DNA of 64,000 nucleotides from Haliotis rufescens (Eukaryota): NCBI RefSeq assembly GCF_023055435.1, contig NW_025963857.1, positions 28,396,001 to 28,460,000 of the forward strand, read 5' to 3'. Shown piece by piece: positions 55,001 to 64,000 of this stretch (position 1 is its first letter; each line of letters starts with the position of its first letter). The notes under the pieces were generated by a model. It saw only the letters and a program-made list of their open reading frames with translations, ran no database searches and was not told where the DNA came from. The position numbers and the translations under genes were made by a program.

Positions 55001-55401
55001 ACAGTAAAACATGGAGCAAATTTATGCAGAATTAGTATCATTGCCGAATTGTGATGTATTCCAATAGAAATTTAATTTTTTATGAATCATGATCGATAAG
55101 TACCAATGGGATTATTGGATCAGGAAATTGTGACTATCATATTTTGTAATCATGGAATATATATGGTGGCAAATGGAATACATTTCTTTCCTTTTGTCAT
55201 TCAGAACATGACGCAATTTTAAAGCAACCAACGCATTGCAAAATCAGCTTTGGATTACATTAGTCCCGAGGGAGAGATAGTTTACATGTTTCATAAATGA
55301 AGATAAGCTGGTATGACAGCACATACTAGGCCTACTCCAAAGGGATCTTGGGCTAGTACTGATACCACAAACAACAAAGCAAGACACACTCTGAGCATCA
55401 T
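52050..55401 (-). CDS. A4: type-A knottin precursor with duplicated domain-1 exon (2- or 3-domain product; 158 aa if both exons are used)
   Basis: Exons (minus) 55401-55327 MMLRVCLALLFVVSVLAQDPFGVGL; 54832-54686 and 52794-52648 (identical CQNEGQTC...IGGGMG, both with intact splice sites); 52157-52050 CRLRNDECMINGIGAMRCCASFRCMPGYMNRMTCQ*. TATA at 55943-55950. Confidence 0.8.
53306..54497 (+). mobile_element. 5'-truncated LINE (post-RT region + C-terminal Cys/His motif, (CATT)n tail)
   Basis: ORFs 53318..53782 (SFYGCELL..ESTQRYFTRIVQG..NLGLWS) and 53974..54345 (CTKCN..HHVILNC). Ends in tcattcattcat. Confidence 0.75.
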
Positions 55402-57349
55402 TGTCGTGTTCGGGTACACCTGAAAGAAATCAGAGTGCAAAACATTTTAAATCTCAATACTTCTGCAGAATGCGTAGACGTCCGTATGTAACAACTTTGT
55501 ACGTTGTGATCAAACAGTGAAATACAGTAATTATACCATTTATGTTAAACGATACTGAAACAAATGTGGAAAGATAACTTAAATGTCATTCTCCTATTGA
55601 TAAATTCTAGTCCCGATTGATACGCGTAGGCATGAGGACGGCACGCTGAAATTCGTTGTGCAGATTTACGTCTCTTAGCCATGCAGAATCTGATGATACT
55701 CGCTTCAAGTCAGAGATTATGACTTGGTTTGTCGGAACCACAGATGTGCACTTGGATTTCCTCAAACGTCTTAAGCCTGCATCAATTCGGGCTTTCTTTC
55801 ACCATCAGGCTGACAAGCTGTGATAAAACTACAATACTGTTCAAAGCGCCGTAAAGTTCAACTCACTCGTTATACATAGATGTACATACCTGTTCAACTG
55901 TAAGATCGAATTGAGAATATACAGTGCCCAGTAAAGTACATGTATTTATACCCGTCAACTGAAATAATTTCCAGAATTGTATACAATGATACGTAGAAAA
56001 TGTGTTGCATTTCATATCACAAATCTATTGGAACCGTTAATGACGGCAAAGTGTGACATTACTCTGCCCAGCTGTAGATGTTATTACGTTATCAAGATTC
56101 ACATGTCACATGTGTCGTTGACACTTCACTGAACTTTAAAAGTGGTAAAGGAATCGCAAACAGCTGAGGGTGTATTTTGCTTTTTGGTCGAATCTGATCA
56201 AAATAAATGCGATAAAAGCCTTTCCATATTCATACGAATATGTAAATTTAAAACCTTACAAAAAGGCTCTCAAAAGATGCATCCTCTTTTCTTTGAAGCA
56301 TGCTCAAAATGTATACTAATGTTGCTTTAAAATTTAAAGGTGGCGGGGTTTACATTTTGGAAATTTATCATTACATTACAGCTGTCAGAGATATTTTTCA
56401 CTACCTAACGCAACATGCTTTGAATTGATATTTCCTCCTCATAATATCTGCTTTTTAAACTCTCTCACTCTTCTAGTGGACTATAGAATACTTTTCGATA
56501 TATTCGTACATGTATATATTAACTTTACCATCTAAAACTGCTAAACATACTTTAGATTATGTTTGTTTGGGGGCTTGAATGTTCCTTTATAAGCTCAATA
56601 TCAACAGAACAACGCACACTGCAGTTTTCAAACCAACTATTAGGCTTGTAAAATCTGTAATATTTCCAGGAGGTACATTGTATCATGTCTTTTTCAAAAT
56701 CGTTGTTATTTATTCGCCCCGTTACATTTAATTATCCTGGCGTTCTTCCACGTTGAGAACATGACATGAGTAAATAATCATATGTAAAGATAACCCTTTC
56801 TGATGAAGATGACTTATCTTTGTACGTTGGAATCAGATCCAATCGGAGGTTGTGACTGACAGGCTCGGTTGGATGCAAGATAACAATTGAAACACCTGCT
56901 GTACTAATTTGTCATCCTTATCTTGCTTTGTGTAAGTGTCGAGTCTCAGTGGTATAAATATGGTAGCTAAGTCAAATAAGTATCCCCATTCCTGTTGGTT
57001 CGGCTAAACAGGTAACCCTACAGTTAGTTATGTGAACCACAACTCGTTTACATAACAGTTTACAGTGCTCTGCAACATTGGATGTTTTGTTTCATGGGTT
57101 AAGGCATCGTTATACATTTCCAAAGACCTGAATTAACATGTGTATGTTTTTAAAATTCAACAGCATAATCAATATTACCACAACAGTAAACAGTATGAAG
57201 TTTATTAAGATGAATAGTTTATTTACTATGTTTGAAAGTTAAGCTCAGTTATACCTGTATGGCTGTTGTTTATATGAAAAGGTTCGATGGCTTAAATTGT
57301 ATCACATATGTGACTTCAATTGATTTCTTTTCAGTTTTACTCTATCACA

Positions 57350-58732
57350 ATGATGTTCAAAGTGTGTGTTGCTCTAACCCTCGTAGCATCAGCTCTGATT
57401 CAAGATTCGTATTGCTTTGTAAGTCCTAAATTATCTTATACTGACTGTTGATGTCCAGGACCAATTTTAAAATTTATTCTTACAGTATACAAACCTGTAT
57501 GTACATATACTGACTGTTGATGTCCAGGACCAATTTTAACATTTATTCTTACAATATACAAACCTGTATGTACATGAATGTCATAATAAGAATAAATATG
57601 TTCTTTCAATGTAAACGTATTGCCTATGTAAACGCATAGTATGATGATCATACGCTATTCATTTAGTTGGCGAACAAGTAAGTTGTTTGAATAGCTGCTT
57701 GTATTAATTGTAGTTACATTAATTATTGTCTACATCACTGTAGTGATGCTTGTCATAGATGATTAACAATGTCATGAGAACGTACGCATATGGTGCTGGT
57801 AAATAAAGAGTCATAATCGGGACGTATTTGGAATTCGAGCCACGATCATAGGTTTCAGCAATACGATTCCCCAACTTTTCACTAATATCCAAAGCAAACT
57901 TTTCTTTTGTTGGAGCCTTCCACACACGTGTTCCTGATTTCACTGCCGGTGAGATATGCATGACTTCAATATTATCATCACTTTGCCGTTTATGGTAAAG
58001 GCTAGTACATACTGATATGACCTGCGGTTCTGAGCCATAATGTAAGAGGTATTCTATTTTACAGTGCCAGACAGAGGGACAAACCTGCAATGTGATGAAT
58101 GGTAAAACATGCTGTAATGGCCTGATGTGTGAGTCTGGCATAGGAAACACAAGAATATGCAAGAGAAGCGCCGGCAGTGGTGCTGGGGTAAGTAAATAAC
58201 CAGGTTTTGTCTTTAAGGAAAAGTGTAAAATAACTGGAATCGGTTGGATTCCTTTCCTGTATGATATATTCCCCCAAACAGTAACTTGAATTTTATCACT
58301 TGACGAGTATTACAGTTACATGTATATTCTACGTGTATATGATAAGTATATGAATATATTGGAACGTTAGTGTTCGAGAGTTCGTGACATGCTAACATTG
58401 AGCAAAACAGTAAATATGAATCGTAAGAATACAAATTCGGACAAATAAGCTAACGTGTGTAGTTTCCTGTATTTTATTATATGTTCCATACAAGTATGAT
58501 TGTCCTTGTTCTCATGTTGCACTTATTCCTTATAATCAAACCTGCGGCATCCCTACCCCTATGCTGAGTATTAATATAATTGATATGATAAGTTTACAAC
58601 ATACTCATTATTTTTTGTTCACAGTGTCGTCTCCGAAATGAAGAATGTAAAATTAATGGCATCGACGCCATGAAATGCTGTGGTTCACTCCGCTGTATGC
58701 CTGGATACATGAACAAGATGATGTGTCAGTAG
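57350..58732 (+). CDS. B4: secreted double-knottin peptide precursor, type B, 99 aa
   Basis: Exons 57350-57418 MMFKVCVALTLVASALIQDSYCF; 58065-58187 CQTEGQTC...SAGSGAG; 58625-58732 CRLRNEECKINGIDAMKCCGSLRCMPGYMNKMMCQ*. TATA at 56953-56960; AATAAA at ~58817. Confidence 0.88.
57438..57575. repeat. ~69-bp tandem duplication in B4 intron
   Basis: atactgactgttgatgtccaggaccaattttaa...tacaaacctgtatgtacat occurs twice. Confidence 0.9.
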
Positions 58733-60193
58733 ATGCCATCTGATGCTTGATCATGCACCCAGGTTCCTGTATATTAAGTAACTCGGTCACTTGATTTGTC
58801 ATTTGATTGTATTCCGAATAAATCTATCAAATATCACATTGAATATCTTACGTGTTCTCTTTTTTCATTTGATTTATCTAAAACAAATGTAGAATGGAAA
58901 TTAAAATGTCCACTTTAATTATGAGTTCTCCTCACTGGGTGTACATACTTGGCAATGGGTTATAGACATGCTAGTAGGTAAGTCTTCGTCAACGGACACG
59001 GGTACGTGGGTGATTCTCAACATGGATACATGTTCCTGCAAATAGTGTGAAGGTCCTGTCTCACTGTGTAACTGATGAACTGTTCCTGAAGGCACCTCAC
59101 CCTGTATATGTACATAATAAAAACAATTGCCCACTTGTTGAGTGAGTGAGTGAGTTGTGTTTAACGCTGCTTTCAACTGTATTCCAGCTATATATCGCGG
59201 CGTGTCAGCTTAATGTGAGAAGAAATCCCGAACTGATACAGGTCTCTGACGTTTATCACTTCGGTGAAACTCACGAGCACGGGTATGGTACTGAAAAACC
59301 TTGAAACATAATCGGAGCGAACCGGGATTCGAAGCCACAATCATAGGTTTCTGGTTATGATGATACATGCCTTTGTTACATAATAAGTTGTATAATACTA
59401 TATTTATCTGAAAACACAAGTGTTTTTTTTTCACTTGCTGCCTTAAGCTTAATATTCAATATCAACTCGATGTTCGTAACTAGAACTCCTACCATAGTTC
59501 CTCATGATTAACAACCACTTTAGCAAAATACATGTTCATTGGAGATCTCGGCTATACCTGTGATGAAGCTTCAGTATGTACATACCATGCATTTACCAGT
59601 CACTGTTTTGTCACCTTAATGTCGAGCGCCAGGCAGGGTCACAACAACTTCCATCCTTTCCGTATTTTAGTGTGACCCGGCAAGGGGGCAACAGTTACAG
59701 TCGTCTGTATGCCCGTACAATTAACTGTTGTTATTAACTTCATCATCTCGAGCGAAATGTAATAAACAGAAAAGAATACTCAGTATAACACGTATCACAG
59801 AGAACTTTCGTTTTTCAGCACAGAGAGTAGCTTTATTGCTCATTAAATGTCATTCTGTAAAAGCTCTTATGTGCGGCTACTTGAGCGCGACTTTGTTTCC
59901 AACATATGTGCAATATTTGAAGTTTTGCTGTTTGCTTTGAAAAATACTGATTTAAAAAAAATAAAGAAACACTACTGGTTTAAAGTGTGTATAATAAATA
60001 ACAACAGTTTCGATAGAGACAATGTTTCAGTATTGTGTAATAATGATAACACTATATATGAACTATAAAAATGCACAAGTGTGATCATGCAACTTTATTG
60101 ATAGCTGAATTTTTTTCATAATTATTATATATATTTTACGACTTAATCAATCTTCGCAAAATTGTGAATCATAGTTCTCTTTGAAGCATCGTT

Positions 60194-60375
60194 ATGAACA
60201 GGATGACTTGTCAGTAATTGCAAACTGATATTTTGACATCCCTGTACCTCGACAGCATGATTTGTGCGTGTATGAACTTCCTGAGAATAAAAATGGTTTC
60301 AAACATTTCATATTTGTTTTTGTTGCCCAAGGTGCAGATGTAGTTGCTGAAATACGTACTATGCTAAGGACATAC
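60194..60375 (+). pseudogene. Relic of a type-A terminal exon and 3' UTR
   Basis: atgaacaggatgacttgtcagtaa (MNRMTCQ*) followed by the A-type 3' UTR with AATAAA. The upstream part of the exon is missing. Confidence 0.75.
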
Positions 60376-60379
60376 AAAC

Positions 60380-60492
60380 TTTAACCATTGGCATTGGTGT
60401 ATACAGATATGTTACAAGTGGAGGATTCTGAATTCTGCCGTGAAATTGCTGGGATATTGCTAAAAGCGGCGTAAAACCACACTCACTCACTT
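60380..60492 (+). mobile_element. Degenerate family-3 SINE 3' part
   Basis: gctgggatattgctaaaagcggcgtaaaaccacactcactcac tail. Confidence 0.65.
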
Positions 60493-61549
60493 ACAGGTAG
60501 ATGAAGGTATATTATGTTGGAATGTCAGTCTCATTGAAAGAAATATTATGCATCCTCAAATCTTTTGAAAATCTTACAATCTTTAACTTTCATGAAGTTC
60601 CAGTGATAACATCTGGCGTTCACCAAGGGTCGACATGTTTTACCCATCTTTCAGGATTGTCATGGCACCGTTTTGGTGGGCCTACATAACATTCCAGGAA
60701 GTAGCTCAAACTCAAATAATGTATAATTCACGTATGTTGAAAAAAAGGCTAAAAGGCCCAGAACGCACTGCATTCCAGAAGCAACTGTCAATGCTGCAAA
60801 TATGTTCTTTCAAACCGTACAGGGGTGTAATGGATAGAGCGTCTACACTGGGTACTTCATGATGATAGTTTGATCCCCTGGAGGCGTCAAACCAAAATAT
60901 ATCAAAGAATAATTGCTGTCACCGTGTCTGGCGCTCGCTATAATGGGCATAAGACAAAACCTGGCCATCTCGGAGTCAGTATAATTTGTTTATATGGGGT
61001 ATACATGTGAAAACTGCGGCATGATAAATGCATCTCAGTCAGCCAGTTAGCCCTTTAAAACGGGTATTGTAAAGGCAGCCACACAAATGTGCATGCACGT
61101 TGCTACATTAGGGATCTACTCGTGAACGTGACGTAAAGTTAGTGTAAGAATAGGCAATGTCATACAACATGTGCATGTGAAATTTTCACCACTAAATAAA
61201 ATGTTTGGCTTGGCGTAAGACGTTGCACCTTTAATTCACATCTGTTAACGGTAAGCTGGTAGTGTGTCAAATGCCTTTATCACTTATACGTACACACGTT
61301 TGGACACATGTCATATTAATGTGTGTTTGATACTGTTTGTTCGGGAGTTTTATAGAACATGTAGAAAAGGCTATCTATAAATACCAGCTACAAAATATTC
61401 ATAATCACCCGTTTCAAACACATGCAAAAACAATATGGTCAAAATAAGGAAATTGCTTTGAACATCATGTATCTCACTGATGTGTCAAATTTGTTAATGT
61501 CCTCCACATGTCTAGCAAAAACGTTTTGAAAGCTTTCCTTCGACACTGA

Positions 61550-62150
61550 CTGTTAATAAAACCTTGATGAAACAACTTTTGAGCAAGAATAGTTGACGAT
61601 CATTTAAATCTTCGTAGAAAATTGTTCCTGAAATGTTATGAAATGTAGACACCAAAGACCGGAGCTGCGGGAACATTGCATAACTTTAAGGGAATATTGA
61701 CCATTGGAAAGTTGAAGCCACCCCTCTAGCCATACAGTATTGCCGATAGTTTATTGTCACTCTGAATCTCAATAGCTCTGTCTTAATCCCAACTTTCACA
61801 TGTACGTTATATACGAGGAAGTCCAGTATTTCACATATTGTTTTCTCGGTAAACTTCAGATCACAGCTTTCATTTTTGACAAGTAGTCCTGAAGATAGAG
61901 ATGTAACAATATCTATGGTATCCACATTTAGTGGCAAATTAATGTCCCATGGATCAAACTCTTTGGAGTAGTTACTTAAATTTGTCGTGTTGAAGACTCG
62001 TGTACAAAGTTGAAAGTTGTTTTGAACTTTTTCTTCTTCAGCAAACAGTCAAGCAAATCCTTTGAGTTTTGAGAAATCACATAACATTAATTCCTCTCGT
62101 ATCAATACTTTCTGTGATCTTAAAGAAAGCGCTCACTTGATTGCATTACG
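61550..62150 (-). mobile_element. Decayed Penelope-like RT fragment
   Basis: Minus strand gives STLYTSLQH and ICEILDFLVYNVHVKVG. Homologous to 1600-1850. Confidence 0.6.
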
Positions 62151-63581
62151 AATAATGGTTAATCTTTGAGACAGGGCATTTGACCTGCTTGACCAAATAG
62201 TATATATCTCTTTATGTACGGATTCATATGTTGATATCGAGCTTCGATATCCATCTGAAAAGAGGAATGTACAGTCATGTCTCCAGATTTAATAGTCCAG
62301 TTACAAGTACCAGTACCTTTAGCATTTTTCTTCTTCAGTAACATACTGGCCTTATTTTTGACATGTAACCGACACCAATTTCTTTGTTCAAACAATTATT
62401 GTAGTGATGCTTACGTTATTTGAGGACAAGTTGGAACAACTACAAACTTTTGATGGGGGGCAGCCACACTTTTGATGACCGCTGGCTGGTACAAAATGGG
62501 TTTGTTTAAAAAAATTGTTTCCTCCTTTTTAGCTTGTGCATTCCACCAGTGGCTACATCACGCACAAGCTTAACCCACTCTGAAAGACATTCATCAGGTT
62601 CATCATTTTGCATATGCTAATGACTTTAAAGATTAGATCCAAATTGGTAGCAGGTTGTTTAATATAGATTTTGTTTGCTTTCAGCTGTACGCCGGACGCA
62701 GAGGGTGGTCAGATCTTGTCTGGACCAGACAATCCAAACATTCTGCAACGCGATGCTACAGTTCCAACTGCCATGAAATGGTGTTCGAAAATGAAAATGT
62801 TAGCTATCAATTGTATTGTTAGAAGTTTTAGCAGTTCTTTTGAATTCATTAAGTCTCTGAGTGATCATGATTTATTTCATGTGTCTCAAAAGAAAATTTC
62901 TAATGAAATATGTATTGTTTTAAGTAGAACTTCGTTATGCGTTTGGTAAAACCTAGAACATATATAACCTTGTGTAGAGACGTATGTCAAACGAGAATCC
63001 GGCAAGGAAACCGATACCTTTAGGTTATTATTATTAACTTAAACGGTCGAATGAAATATGTGCCGCGTATGTGTGAGTGTTTGAGAGTATTAGACATGGA
63101 AAATATGTGTGGAAGCAGAATTACTTCTTCAAAGTCATCCATCCCAAAATTGTCGGTTTGTCAGTCTACACACATTCTACAGTGTAAATGGATTGTAACC
63201 TCTAAGGACTTCTAACTTGATTACGGAAAATGCCGCTACACGACCAGCTAGATCTGGGAAGCGAAACCAAATGTGTTTCGTGAGTTCCTGATTCTCAGTG
63301 CTATAAATGTGGTTTCTTTCTTCAGTCCACAGAATGCATCTGCTTTTAGTGAGTCACAAAACATAATACAAGCCATTATTCAAAGTAAGGATTTTGAATG
63401 CAAACTCCCTTTTATTCCATAACAACTATGACACGTAATTAAAGTGTACATACATGTTTATGTACACACACCTGAAATAAATAATTGTCGAAATACGTTG
63501 TGGTCCCAACAAGTTTGATTCATGCCGTCCAAAGTCCACGGTGATATTCACCAAACCTAAACTGTGTGATACAGATCATTA

Positions 63582-63795
63582 TTATGCCTCAAAGTGAGAT
63601 TGACCAATCAGAGAGCAGAACTACTGACCCCGCATGAGCCCGTATACCGTCAGTAAAAATCCAAGTTGGTGGATACTGACATAATATGAGACCGTATACC
63701 GTTAGAAACCACCATCTTGGATTTTCCAACATATTTCACATGGCAATACTGGTACCGAAATTCGTTATTTGACACTGTTTCGTGTTTTACTATCT
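63582..63795. repeat. Second copy of the 7591-7810 dispersed repeat
   Basis: tatgcctcaaagt.agattgaccaatcagagagcagaac... shared between the two copies. Confidence 0.65.
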
Positions 63796-64000
63796 ACACT
63801 ATTACCATTTAGGAAGTTTCATAAATGACTGTCCATCGGTCTGACACCACTAGAACATGATAAAATACATTGAGCAGATTAATTGTGTGGATGAATGGAC
63901 GAATAAAATTACGTAATTTTCCTGTCGTTGAAATAATGTAACAGCTCATCGTGATAATGTTTATCGTCAAATCAATGTGACAGCTGTCATTGTTCAAAGG

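Larger units (their letters stand above)
50060..58920 (-). repeat. Inverted, more diverged fourth cassette (A4-B4)
   Basis: Reverse-complement similarity to the B-A cassettes, including the A 3' flank (50060-51900 vs ~35750-37250). Confidence 0.8.

Noticed and set aside
12947-58732. Naming the peptides conotoxins, or known abalone shell proteins (perlinhibin, perlwapin, perlustrin)
   Set aside because: Only the Cys framework is shared with conotoxins, and I do not recognise sequence identity to any named protein, so no gene symbol is given.

Overview
AT-rich, intron-containing animal genomic DNA. The repeat families look like abalone (Haliotis; gastropod mollusc) to me, but that is recognition from memory, not a search. 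The ORF track misses almost all real genes because the exons are tiny. Splicing by hand gives a cluster of about 46 kb (12.9-58.7 kb) with nine intact genes for secreted multi-knottin peptides, plus one pseudogene and one relic. Each gene has a signal-peptide exon followed by 2-3 phase-0 exons, and each of those exons encodes one C-X6-C-X7/9-CC-X4-C-X9-C (ICK / conotoxin framework VI/VII-like) domain. Eight genes are arranged as four head-to-head B/A pairs: three tandem cassettes of about 10-13 kb and one inverted cassette. A divergent three-domain gene lies upstream. The cluster shows exon duplication, a variable Gly-rich linker and signs of gene conversion. At the left end is a 4-exon gene for a secreted 398-aa protein whose motifs resemble bacterial hypothetical proteins (HGT candidate). 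The remainder is SINEs, decayed Penelope-like and LINE fragments, and mini/microsatellites.
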